Shown here: piece after piece, positions 28,401 to 57,400 of the stretch
How positions within the stretch are numbered: position 1 is the first letter of the stretch
Layout: each line of letters begins with the position of its first letter
Source: Trichoplax adhaerens
Taxonomy: Eukaryota; Animalia; Placozoa
Length of the DNA: 64,000 bases
Assembly: GCF_000150275.1 (NCBI RefSeq)
Contig: NW_002060952.1
Coordinates: forward strand, 828,482 to 892,481
Reading direction: 5' to 3'
The notes under the pieces: model-generated
Told to the model about the DNA's origin: nothing
Seen by the model: only the letters and a program-made list of their open reading frames with translations
The model's database searches: none
Program-made: the position numbers and the translations under genes

Positions 28401-31400
28401 ATTATGGATTGACGCCTAAATTACACTATAAAACTAAAATATAACTTTCAATCTGATCAATAGGGTAATAGAAACAATTAACAGTTAATTAACTCCAGTT
28501 ATAGATGCGCAGTCTTTGCGCTAGCTCTATTTCCTTTTTAATTACGGTGTTGACAACTGACAAGATGAGAATAATATAGCAGTTTGTAAGTAAAGCGGTA
28601 CAGTATAGTAATCAAATTTTGCAAATCGTGCAAGTTTAGGATTTCATCTGCTAAAGATTAGATTTATATGATGGTTCTATTACCGATAAATGAACAAAGT
28701 AGATGTATAATAACACGACCGGTATTGTTCTATATTCTAGCGCTATTTATAAAGAATAGAATAGAAAGTGAGTACAAAATGAGGTAGTGAGAAATGGTAC
28801 ATTGAGGAGTTTATAAATTGTTATCATTATCACTTTGTATCTACTAAAATATCTTAGCTATTCTAAAGTCATCTAATAGTAGCCATCAAAAAGTATAACC
28901 ATAATATATAAATTATGTAAAATGAAGACTAAATTGTAAAAATGGATCGAAATAGAGTTACTGCTCTTTGCTTCCACTAACAGAAAGCTAAGTTTAATCG
29001 ATCCTTGCGCGTTAATATTTATTTAATATAAATGGCCTTGCCAGCTACCAGTAGAGCAATAAATTCTATATTAATTTTAAACTCTTGCCCTTTGCATTTC
29101 TCCGCTTAATTCGATCAATAATACGATTGGAAAATGGACGGTGTGGCAAAAGATAGACAATATAGAGAGGGGATTGTAGCCTTATCATATCTTCAAATCA
29201 TTTAATATCGTCTACTCTCATAATCGGAATCGACAAGTACTCTAGATGCAAGAGGAACATGATTAGTTGAATTTGACGATAACACAAATATCCTTTCTTT
29301 GGATAGTCTTTTGCACGTCAGATTCATATTATACGAATCTGTCTCTTCGTTTCAGCATAATTAATAGGCAATAAAACGAGGCTGATATTATATGCAAGCA
29401 TTGCTTGCTATTTAATTGAATTCTTCGATCAATTGATGGACAATATTATAACTGTATAGTATATAGTATATGGCTTGGTTGTCTATGAATTAGATTAATA
29501 AGGGAGGGGAAAAAAATAAAAGGCAAGACCGCTCAATTTTACAATAAGCTGCGATGAAAAGATTATTGTAATAGTGATAAATGAATGCCATTTTGAGTTC
29601 ATGTATTATAATTTTCTTGAAGACTATAGATTTGATTATTGCTGAAATAAGAATTACTATTTCCAGGATCGAAAACCAAGTCGCCTTTATCCGCTGTTTG
29701 TTTATTGTATTTAGAAATATTATTTTCTTGATTTTTTTTCAAACTTAGTTACGGTTGTCTTTCAGTATCAATATTGCTTTATGATTTACTAAAGACAGAA
29801 CTGAAAGTTATACTTAACTCTCATCAAAAGTTAATGATGTAAATTAAAAATGCTATGATCTTCATCAATCCGTTACAAACTAGCGGGAAAGATGTCAATC
29901 AGAAAGACGTTGACATTTTACGCTTATTTTTTTCCCCCTCACCTATAGATGAAAATTTTAAAACCATGTCGATTAATCTATCATATCAACGAAAAAGTAA
30001 CATCTCCTTGTATAATATCAGAACATTACAACGTAAGTGCTAAGAGTACAGAAAAGTACACATCAAAACGTTGACTATAAAGCAAAAATCGATTTAATCA
30101 TGAATATCTGTCTTGTACTGTGCATGATTAGTAGCATCAATTAAAATACAGTATAGCAATATAACAATAGCGCTAAAACGGATGAGGATGACGATAGTCG
30201 ATTTTGTCTACCTTCTTTCTGCATCAATAAGGCATAGATAGAATAGGTTTAATGCGTCACAAAATAGAATTCATAGTAAACTGTTTTTTGCACGATGGGA
30301 TGGTAATAAAGTTGTAAGGAGTATAATTTTGGCAAAGCATTGTGTGTCTCTATGTAGGCTTTTTTTGCTCTTGTCTCCATTGACGTATTACATCGTATTG
30401 ATGAAGAACAACAGCCATTTTTTCAAGTAGTTATTAAATTAAAGTTTCTTGTATTTATTTTATGATTAAGTAGGCTTGTATATACGTGGATATTGGATAG
30501 AGAAGTTGATATTGGTCATACTGTATCTATTGGTTCAAATTGAAATCGAGCTTAAGATAGCTAAAATTCTTTAGGTCAAATAGTTGAAAAACGAAAAAAG
30601 CAATCAAATGATATCCATACATACTGTACATTTACAGTATCCAATCCTATCGATTTGCATATCTTGGCATTGATTAAGTCAAAATTTCGATTCTTTCCTC
30701 ACCGAGTAACAACAATGACAACAATAATAAAATGTTATATAAGCTGATATGATAAAGCAATTCCAGGGTAAAATTAAACAGAGCCGACGAAATGACAAAG
30801 AACTTAATCGATGGAAAATATTGGAGCTTTCAAGGAGAAAAAAAAAAAATTGAATTAAGTTCTTGCATTCTCGCTGAGTGGTTATTGTCTAGCGTAACCA
30901 TCTGATTTATTGCGTGGAATATTTTCGACTTTGTCTGCTTTTTTTGCGATTCTCTATTCCTGTGGATACAATAGTTGGTTTTTTTTTGACTAAAAATGGC
31001 AATTTTATATAGGATGAGAACTTTCATTTGAACGGATGATTAATTTCATATAGAGAGGTAGAAAAATGAATCAAGAATGTAAGAGCGCTAGTTTGTTCAT
31101 TAAGTGACCATTGACAGTACTTAGTGCAATAGCGAGTGAATGGCGATCTTACAACTATCGCCTATCCATTGCAATTGAATGAAAATAAGAAGTAAAATAA
31201 GTGATACAACTGTCCTCCTGGGAATGCAACATATTGTATAATTGTCATCTTAGTAGTATAAAATACTCATCGGTTTAAATTTTCAAGTTCATCAATGAAA
31301 TCTGATATAGAATGATGACGATAATTTTATTGAAAAAACTGCTGTATAGAAATGCACTTTCTTGACATATTATTGCTAAGTGAGATTAATTTAGAGAGGG

Positions 31401-33040
31401 AGTAATTTTAATGGTAGAGAGTATGTGTGATCGTTTTTGATTTTATCGTTAAATAGACGATAATGGATTTATTACAAGTTTTAGTCTGGAATTGTTTGGA
31501 CGAGTTCTTATTGAGTAAGGTTAATTAAGTGGATCAATTTCAGAGTTGGAAAGATTTCATACAGTGATTATACATCTAAAACAATATATTGTAGTTGAAT
31601 CAATCAAGGTAGGAAGCTCTCGTAAAGTTAAGCTCATTGAATTTATTATTTACGGCAATATTTTGATTTCTAGCGTTAACCTCCTTCCAAGGCTAATCAA
31701 TAAAATGAATCCATTTCTCACGTCTAGAATTCAAGCAAACTAACTACTCTCGATGAAAGTCAAGAGCTTCGAATTAATACAACTGCGTCAACGATGGCAG
31801 GCAACTTCTTTTTTTTTTTTTTACCTTCTACAGCCTATGATAGAAAATATCCGTGATTCATACTGAAAGAATGAGCTGAGACTGATGCACAAAAATAAAG
31901 TAGCAAAAAAACAAACGATATCTGAAAGAGACTATCTCAATTTGGATCGGAGAGTTTTCTTCCATCTACCATATCCGTAGCTGGACTGTAATGCCGATGA
32001 ATAAGATTGTAACTGTAGATAGAGAAAAGAAGTAATACTTTAGTCAGTATTGACTAGTGTATCAAGCATGAAATCGAAGTGAAAGCGGTAGAGAAAAGAA
32101 TCATCATCCGCTTCTCCTAGACGAGTAGAATCAATCAATAGCCATCATGTCCATTCTCTAACTGGATAATAATATTAAATAACATGATGATCAATCTGCA
32201 GTTGTTGTTATTGATTTGAAGCTTATTTGACATTGTATTGAATGGACAACAATCGCCATAATTGAAAAGAGTCAAACAGACAATAGGTACATTCAAAGAT
32301 ATCCTCATCAAGTCGTCGGACTAAATTAAGAAATAAAAATTATGTAACTATATCAAAGTCATTTGTCTTGTTGTTGTCGTGCCGGAGCAACCAATTTCAA
32401 GGGTATATAAATAGGTAATAACATATCACCAATTTTGCGATTACCTGAATCACATACAAACAATACACATAAGGCCAAGTTGATTACTTTCAAGCCATAG
32501 GAAATTGACGAAGTTCCAAATTTTTTACCAATCAATCAATAATAAGGAAACGCCAACACTAACAGGACAAGATAGGACTCATTCCTATCGGTACGAATTA
32601 TTTTTTGATCGCTTGATTTTTTGTAAAAGGCTAGTAACCAGTTGATGATTGACGATGGAGAGATTATTGAAGATTTGATTTTTTATTGGATCGCTGTCTA
32701 AAGTTGCCACTAATCCATCCGCTGATTTATAATTTATTGATTGACGATGGCTTTTTTTTGCCTTCATTTTTTTTTTTCCATTTTGACTACCATTTTATGA
32801 TTGCATTAATCGAGGTCGATTTAAGCTTAAAAATATTGCTAGTAATTTTGATGTTAATAGAACTGCTCAACTTATCATACTTTCAAGACTAAGAAAGAGT
32901 GTATAAAAATTAGCGAACGAGTAAAAATCTCGACGCTATTACAATCACTCTAAAGGTAAAAATAAATCTATACTCTTACAGTAAAAATTAAAAACTTGGA
33001 ATATTAGTCTTGATAACAAAAAAATAATAATAATACTGAG

Positions 33041-33067
33041 CACACACACACACACGCACATACATAC
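33041..33067. repeat. (CA)n microsatellite
   Basis: cacacacacacacacgcacatacatac read directly. Confidence 0.85.
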
Positions 33068-34548
33068 TCATAGTGAAATTACAAATTAAAAGTATTTCTT
33101 GTTACTTAGCAGTAGGCACGAACTTTAGTCAAATGAATTCCGTAGCACGAATAAGTTCAATCATTTACTTATAAATATGAGATCAAGGTTGAAAAAGTAC
33201 TTTATGCACATTTCAGGAAGAATATCATAGGTAATTTAAGTAAAGAAAAAAGTAAATCTTTGTGCGGTTAGTGAAATCCTTTTTAAGTGAAGTAAATTAA
33301 CAAGGTATGAAAGAGATTGAAATCATGACGTTAACCATTCATTAGAAATAGTTTAATTAATATTCACGTTGTCATTCTCGTCTTGGGCATTTTTGTTGTA
33401 GTATTGCAGTACGCTTCTTTAAATACCTTTCAAGTCTTTTCAATCGATTACATTATTTTGGATTTTACTTCTATATTATGGATGGCACTATACGTATTTC
33501 AATTCCATATAATTAATTTGTACAATAAATTGGGATTTTGTTCAATCATTTTTTTTATCCTACATCCATGGATTTATCCTTACTTTTTTTTCTTAGCCTA
33601 TTTTCCCTCCCTCTTAAATCAATATGACTTATGAAAGATTGAGTTTATTTGAACATCGTGTCTGTTTCGAATAAAATGTCATTGAAAATTGATTTGATAG
33701 TTGCATTAAAATTTAATATTCTCCTTGAATATAGTTAAGTCAAGAAAGCCCTACTTCAGACTATTACAAACTGTCATATTATCTGAAGAATACAAGATAA
33801 GGTATGATTAATGTAAGTCCAGTTGTCCAATCTTTCTCCTTCAATTAATCTTTAATCGTATTGTATTAGTAGGAAAGCATCAATCAATTTCGCATCATTT
33901 TATCTTTTATCCATATTAAAAGACTACCCGTTGGAGGTATCATCTCATTTCGCTCCACTAAATTAGGTACACTACCTCTGATTGTGCCTTTTGATCTGCT
34001 AAGCTGTAAAAATTGGTTTTCTGATTATTATTTCTACATATACATTCCTAATTAATATTGTAAGTTGATCAAATAGCCAATACTATCACATCGTGCGTTA
34101 CTTTTATACTCTCTTTTATGTCGTCAATAGAGTGAAAAGTCATTAGTTCATGTGGAAAAATTTTTATCATTTTCTTTAGCTCATCTAATCGGATTTTGTA
34201 GCATAAATTGATTTTTTAAGATAGTAAGTGTGTGATTATTGATTGATTGATTGATCATCGCAATTTGAAACTACTATTACATACTAAATCAACTTTCATC
34301 AATAAGATTCATTTCTTACTTTTATAGATAAGTTTAAAGAGAACGCTGGCTATCCTCTATATCAAACTGATTCATTGGTCAACTTAATTTTACTCATTGC
34401 CGTTGGTAGAATTATTCATTTGTAAAAGCGCTTATCCAAGACGGTAATTATTTCCTTGGTATCGCAGAGAAAGATTATCGCCATTTACTTCTGGATCCTG
34501 TCACAAAATTACACTTTTTGGGCATTTGTATAGATAGTTTAGAAGTGA

Positions 34549-49438
<14,890 letters not shown>

Positions 49439-50381
49439 ATTTATACTTGTAATTTAAGTAGAAGTAATTGTCGGAGCAATACAAAAAAAAATTTATAGAA
49501 ATATGGACATAGCTAGATAAAACTAGAAAATGATAACAGAAATTATATCGCTAAGATTTATAGTATATCCTAGATGAATAATAAAATATTTCGACTGACA
49601 ATCATTTCACCTCAAGCAGGATGATAATGATCATGATGAATAGGACCAGATCAGATCTATTTACATCATTCTTATTCCGCGACTTGCTCTATAACAATTT
49701 TTAAATTTCGTCAAATCGTTCCTGTAAAATACATCTCTTTATTTATGCTCTTGCTTTCTTCTAATATTTATTTCATAATACAATCATTATACAATTATTA
49801 TTAAATCGATTGCTACTTAGCTTCAAATAGTTTGTTACTTTATACAATCGAAAAGGCTCTATATACCGATACTTTTTCGCTTTTTCTTGACTGATTTGTT
49901 TATTTCTTGATTAGAATCTTTTATTATCATTATTGAGTAGCCACAACTAGTGTAAGCTCAGCTACATTCAATTATGACAATATCTTGAAAAATGGTAGTA
50001 ATTTATTATTCAGTTCTAAAATCTTTAATAGAAAATTAAAGTAATTATGAAATCGCGATATGACCAACTTTTATGCGAGTAGTAGATACCCATAGATTGA
50101 ACTGGAAATATTGGATATCTATCTATCTCTCTATGTATATTTATTGCTACTATTAGATTGAAAAGAAACCTTTCTTGCTTCTTATTAATTATGAATTCTT
50201 TGACGGATAGATATGTATTTAAGTATGCATTGGATGAAGACTATTCCGTACCATTTCTGTTCTATGGATATACGTCTTGATGCATCGATTAGGCTATTTC
50301 TACCGACACAAATAGCCTTTGTATGATCTTGCTTGAATCTTGACGCATTTGTCTAACATTTTAAAATACTACTGCTATAAC

Positions 50382-50436
50382 TAATAATAATAATATTAAT
50401 AATATTAAATAATAATAATGACTATAATGATAATAA
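50382..50436. repeat. Imperfect (AAT)n microsatellite
   Basis: taataataataatattaataatattaaataataataatgactataatgataataa read directly. Confidence 0.75.
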
Positions 50437-52019
50437 AAGTTCACGTTTAATTTAACTCGGTATGGCTTTATAAGAAAAACATCCTAAATTTGACTGGATT
50501 TCACCATATCAGCCAACATCTACAATTACTTTGTCAAGCTTAACAGAAATCTATGCTACATCTCGAAATTTATTTCAAATTATGGTAGAACTTTCAACAC
50601 ACATTCCTGTTATGATTTGCTGAAATACCTACAGAGCTTAACTCAAAGGGAAGAGAAGTCTGTAATGTGAGCTCATCTTCGCATGTCTTAAATACATTTC
50701 ATTAAGTCCATTTAAGATAATATAATTAACTGCAATCAGACTTGAGTCATCAAATAGAATACTTTTCCTCAAGCAGATCATCACTCTACAATCTAAATCA
50801 AGTTACTTAAATTATCTCTACTCTTATATTAATTTCCAGCACCTTTCGTCGTTGGGCATTTCCACAATTACAGTGTTGCTAGTCACACAAATCTTTTACC
50901 ATAATTAGTCAATTGGCTAATATTAGTAATCAACATTTTCTAATATAGTAGTTAGCAATCATCTATATATATCAGCGTCAAAGTAATCTCTATTCTTAGA
51001 GGTCTAACTTTATCATATATAGCTATCATTATAATCAAATAAGAGGTGCATCACTACAATATCGCTGAGAGTTTATAATATTCTTGAAAATATTATTATC
51101 AAGATCAGTGAACAGCGTTGATATTATTTTTATCACAATGATACTACTCATTAACTCTCATAAATAGGTCATTGTACTTTTTAATTGGGTGAAGATAATG
51201 ACTTTTATAAAGAGGCCGTCGTACATACATTATTATTGTGGAAGAGGTGGGGGAGGTCTAAATTCCTTCCAACATCTCTGACTACATATAAAGTATATGC
51301 TATATGTTATTGTCGCAAAACAGCTTAACTATCGACTCTTTAGGTTCCTCGACTAATTCCGGGGATCCTTAGTAAAGGAAAAGTAACTTATTCCTATACT
51401 AACCACTTATCACGGAGCATCAAGCTCCGTAACAGTTATAATTTACAGTATATAAGGTATAAGATTAATAAGCGTACATATTTGGAACTATTAGATGACT
51501 ATTTATTGGAAATACCGCTGCTACCATAGATCACTAGAAGAAAGTCAGTATTCTTCTAATAGTCCATAGTTGTAGGAAGGGCTGCCACTATCGCAAAGTC
51601 TTTGTATCAGTAGTGTGCGATGCAAAGGCTAACAAAAGTTTTGAATGATATGATTGTGATGAAAGTATCAGTCCTTTCTGTTCAACTTTAAACTTTCCCT
51701 GTTATTTCATTGAGTTGAATCAAGTGTACTATCACATGCAACGACAGCAGACCATGAAGAAACCGTAGTGATCGGATAAGATCCAGTATGATGATAACTT
51801 TTATAGCATATGCCAGCGTACGTGAATATTTAAAACATGCAATCTTAATACACTAGATAATATTAATACAGATAAATCAGATGGAATGTACCATTTCTAT
51901 TTCTATACGTTATAAATTATACACTGCAATATCTAGAATTCATTATGCAACATTTATCACGCATCCAATACAAGATAATAAGTTACGGCGATACAATACG
52001 GCCGATATTACGATAGCTA

Positions 52020-52870
52020 CATGCGTAGTAAACAATAACGTGCATAGTGCCCCGAGGATAAAAAGATTGTCAATGTGTGCTATATGATTAGTTAACGGCA
52101 AACAATCTGATAATCCATATCCTAGCTTTATTGATTATCCCTTATCAAGTTTTCATCAGTAAGTATCTCGTATTAGCTCCAATTATTTGTCTTAATTCTA
52201 GCTTCATTAGGAGAAATAAAGTTTTCAATAGTACTACGTATATAATAATATGGTATATAGAATATCGAGAATAATGAAACAGTCGACATACGCTATGTAT
52301 CCTGTATCTTCAGTTAACGACGCGATTTGATAATCCATATTACTGCATTATAATTATCGATTAATTCCGTTATCAAGTTTTCATCAGCAATTATCTCGCA
52401 TTAGTTCTGGTATTTGTCAAAACTCTAGCTCCAATAAGGGCCAATGAAAGTTTTCATTGCTACGAACATAGTAATATGGTGTATTAAGTATCAAGGATAC
52501 TAAAACAGCGTATGTTCACTTAACGGCACGATTAGATAATCCACATTATTACGTTATAATTATTGATCAATTCCTTCATCAAAGTTTTCATCAGTAAGTA
52601 TCTCGCATTAGTTCCGCTCGCTATTTGTCAAAACTCTAGCTCCAATAAGGGTCAATGAAATTTTTCAATAAGACTATTGATATGCTGTAATAATACGGTG
52701 TCTAGAGCGCCGAGGATAACAAGACAGTCGATATTCGGTACGTATACTGTAAGTTCAGTTAACGGCACGATTAGATAATCTACGTCATTGCATTGCTTTT
52801 GTTGATCGTTGTCAATTTTTCAACTGTAAGTATTTCGTAAGTTCCAATATTAGTCAAAACTCTAGCCCTG
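52020..52870. repeat. Diverged tandem array, unit ~206-239 bp, about 4 copies
   Basis: Units start at 52091, 52313, 52519 and 52758 (partial), and the tail of an earlier copy lies at ~52020-52090 (ccgaggataaaaagattgtcaat vs ccgaggataacaagacagtcgat). Shared blocks: TTAACGRC..GATAATC and GTTTTCATCAGYAAKTATCTCG; TATTTGTCAAAACTCTAGCTCCAATAAGGG is identical in copies 2 and 3. Confidence 0.9.
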
Positions 52871-54403
52871 AGTTGGTATTCAGTAGATATCTATATACTC
52901 ATTTATTCATCTAATAGTCCTTAAATATCCTGAATTTGTGTATCAATACATTCAAATCGGTACGGTAAGTTTAGATTTTTGCTGGAATCCATCTTAGTTT
53001 GTTTACAATAGAAGAGTTTGAAAAATTTGTGTTTGCAGTATTATCGATGATGAACAAAGTCTCCCGGTTAAAGCAGTCAGTTAAACTCAATAAGTAGATC
53101 AATCAAATAGCGTTAATCGTGATTCTATTAAATGAATGATAATTTCAACTGCAAATAATTAATTCTGAATTCTACTGCAGTCGCTAAATGATAAATATAT
53201 CAATGCTCCATATCTTGAAAACATAACAAGAAGGGCAATTAGGGATAGATGAATAACGGGTCAAGTCATTATTCTTGTCCGATTTGTCAGTCTCGTCTTA
53301 TCTACAAGTTGGTCCAAAATGATAGATTGCTGTGCTATATATGCTTTGAATGATTTTATTTGACTATTTACTACAGTTGATTAGCAAAATTTGCCATGAC
53401 TTCTGCTTATTTATTTTAAATGGGTGGAATCTCGCTCATGATAGATGTTGTTTTCCTTTAGCTATACTTTGAAGTGGTTTTATTTTAGCTATTTACTACC
53501 CCTAGTATACATAACTTGCCGCAATTTATAGCTATTTTGAACTAGTATAACCCTCGATCGTAATATTTTGCTTTTTTTTACTTGACAATATAATACTCAT
53601 TGTCACTTCGTCCTGGTGTTCAGTATACTGTATCGTGTTACTGTATATGCAATTGCACATATGATTTAGTCTGGTTATTGTACAGCATGTACACTTATTA
53701 CTGTAAGGTATTCTGATCAGTATAGCTTGTACATAAATTCAATTCAATATTGCTTTCGTGTACAGTTTTGATAGATACACGATAAATTCTCAATTAATGA
53801 TGCGATTTTCGTTTACGATGATACTATAGTAAAGTCATGGCATGCGAATGAGATTTCACACAATATTTACTTATTATTCTAGTTATGCACCATGCAATAA
53901 TTGTCAATATCGGTATTGCTATCCGTTAACAAATTCCAAACCCTACTTCATTATCAGATAAAAAAATTAATTACAGACCATTAGCATTTTAGTTCTATAG
54001 CGTTGCAATCGATCGATGGCGGCCTTTCACATGAGAATTTACGAACATTAAAGCAATTTTTTGATAGCCATTCCTTTCACCTTTAATTCTATAGCCGTCA
54101 TATATGAAATTTTCTTCTATTTTATAGTATAAAAGGAAAGAATAAATAATAGTATACAGCATATAGTATACAAGTATGTAAAGGATAAAGGATGCTCATG
54201 TCTATTTTTAAGCAAACGAACATGAGCAATTTATGACGTATGTCTACATGTTCAAATGTTTATAATTTTCTATCGTTTGCTACCTACTATTGTTATGTCC
54301 CATATGATAGGCACTTATGAAGCTAAGCGATATATTACGTTGTATCAATCATTCACTCATTGCTAATTTCTCACACTTTCATTTACTTATTGTTCGACAA
54401 CAG

Positions 54404-57400
54404 TGAATGCTGCTAGGAAATTCACGCAAGCAAGTCCTGAAATTGCCAATTTTTTCCTTAGTGACAACTTTTTGATACAAGTTCTGAAAGCAAAGTTACC
54501 AGCATCAGTAAAGTATTTTATTGCTAGTTTTGTTTTCTATGTATCTGGCATATAATACCCCAAAATATATGAACATGGTTGTATTGCATTGATTTAAACT
54601 GCTTTTTGCAACTTCCCCTGCACTTTACTATCATTTTTTCTCGCTTAATCGACAATATTTATTTACATTAGATTATACAATAATAATTAATTCATGATCG
54701 ATGTCATTCTTCATCAGTATCAAGCATTTTCGTTACGATTGAGTTTAATTGTGCTTTCATTGAAATCTGGCCAAGCGGACGAATTCATTGAAAGTTAATA
54801 AAGTACATAGACACGTAGTTTACAAAGCGATATTTTGCTGTACATGTTCATATACATGTAAAAATGAAGACTTATCGGACTATAAAGCCAAAAACTCTCC
54901 CTCCGAAGATGGTTTCATTAAGCAGCGATCACTGTACTGTATATTAATCTAAAATTAAGTATCCGCAATTAATATCTAGATATTACGCTATATTACAAGA
55001 CTGAAAAATCGCATATTCGGAAGAATTACAAATAGTCTAGTAGATACTACAGTATACAGCTAAAATTAATAAATAATAAAATGGTAAATTAAATGTGCCT
55101 AAATGATAATCTGAAAATCTTCCGTGCTCTATTAGGTGTATAATGGTATTGTTAAAGACTTAACCCGTTTTGGCCATCGTACAGCTACAGATATATTAGA
55201 AAACGGACGTCAAGCCGAGTTAAATCCACCCCAATTAGTTACACATGATGCTTGGGGACGCCGAATTAATCGTTTAGAAACATCCAGTGGGTGGAAATCG
55301 ATGCATGCTGTCTCAGCTCAAGAAGGATTAGTAGCAATTCCTTACGAAAAAAAATATGCCGAATGGAGGTAAGTGCTCAACTTTAGATGAATTACTTATA
55401 CCACTTTCGTGTACATATTATAAGTGTTACTTAAGTATTTTATGTCTTTACATTCTATCCTTAAGTCTGGTAAGACATTGTATACCTAAGATTTACTACA
55501 AATCCAGATGATTTTATATTTATTCATTTTTATTACGGCATGCTACAGTAAGAAAATAAAAGGTGTTAAAGGATATTAATAATATTTATTGAAATATAAA
55601 TACCGGTACCCAGTGGATTGACTTGATAAAATAATTATATGAAAATAATGAGCCGTGTTCTTAAATTTATTCCATAGCCGTATCTATCAAGTTGCAAAGC
55701 TTAGCCTTTTTCATTGCTCATCTGGATTGTATACGTGTCCATTAGCAATGACAGATGGAGCAGCAAAAGTTATCGAAGTAAATGGATTGGTTATTTTGCC
55801 TTAAGCTATTTCAATTTATATTTTCGCCAAGACTGCGTTTATTCTATTTGTTATATTTTACACGTATACTTGTACTGAATAGACACGCTTGCTTTTAACT
55901 ACTATAGGGTATCAGAAAGGAAAAAAAATCTATCTATCTATTGAATGCTTACAGTCGACTTACATCAAGAGATCCCGAACAATTTTGGACATCAGGACAG
56001 TGGATGACAGAAAAACGAGGTGGATCTGATGTTGGTAAGTATAGGTATTCTAGTAAGTAATTTCAATTCGATTATTCTATGTAGTCTAACAATGATTTGC
56101 CTAATCTGAACTAAATACGTGCGCATTTACGATGATGGTTACAAGGAAATACTGAAACGATAGCAATCAAATATTCGAATGGACGTTACAAGTTATATGG
56201 AGATAAATGGTTTACCTCCGCAGTTGATTCTAATATCGCTTTTACGCTTGCTAAGATAGCAAATGATAAGAGCAATACGCCTGCTGTAAGTTATTCTTAT
56301 TATGCAGTATAAAAATTAATCGTATGAAGATGCAATAAATCATTTAGAACTAATATTTCTTTGACTATTGGATATAAGTACACAAACACGCACATATACC
56401 TAAGATTATTTATATGTTATTAGGGTGGGGACAATCCATCTTTATTTTATCTTGAAACCAGAAATCCTGATGGAGAACTAAATAATATTAACGTCAATGT
56501 AGGTTCTCTATTCGAGTTTTATTTCATAACAAGAAATTTCATCCTAATTAATTTATTAAATACCGTATACATAATTTGAAATAGAACACGTTAAGCTTTA
56601 GACTCGTAGAGGTTTCTTATATGGCATTGTTGTCCTATGAACTTACTGACAATGATAGCATGCTAGAATAGTTTATTACTGTGACAAAAATTTTACCAAT
56701 TTGAAATATTGTAAAGAAATATTCCTGAATAGGAATGCTTTCCTTGCAAGGTATTGCAGATGCTATCATTTATGTTTTCTAGCAAGGGATAACAAAATAT
56801 TAGAGTAGAGTGTTCTCCAATGATAATCGACATGATTATATTGATGAGAGCTTTACTTCGCTTGCTAAATCATGATGGTAGTCTGTGAACTTACGAATAT
56901 ATTTATGTAAGATAATACAGACAGTTATAATAGCTACGATGATACAATATGACAATCATATCTTCTAGTAGTTCCATTATTTACCGTTTGATTATCTTCT
57001 ACTTGATTTCAACCGCTTCTGGAACTAGAGATTGAAAAATAAATTAGGTACCAGACAGCTACCCACAGCAGAACTAACGCTTGATGGGACTATAGCAGAA
57101 AAGGTACAATACAAGTAAATAGGCTGCTATTCTATAATAGCTAAATGCTACGTATGGTAGAAGCCTATTGACTTTATTATTGAAATTGATTTCAACGCAA
57201 AATCACCATTTCGTTATACATTTACGGTGTTTAATAGGTTTCAGAAGATGGTCGCGGTGTATCTGGAATATCTCCAATGCTCACTATTACTCGTCTTCAC
57301 AACTCTATCAGTGCGGTCGGATCCATGAGGCGAATACTTACCTTAGCTGAAGCCTATGCGAAGCAGAGAACGGCTTTCCGCAAATACCTTTGCCAACATC

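Noticed and set aside
25125-33634. Short track ORFs in the intergenic region (25125, 26501, 26650, 29855, 30830, 31546, 32585, 32686, 33383)
   Set aside because: I/L/F/K/N-rich translations expected from AT-rich DNA, with no motifs or consistent splice chain.
52091-52870. Tandem array as a CRISPR array or hammerhead ribozyme repeats (CTGATGA on the - strand)
   Set aside because: Eukaryotic context, whole units are homologous with no unique spacers, and no cas genes are present. The hammerhead GAAA core and stems could not be assembled.
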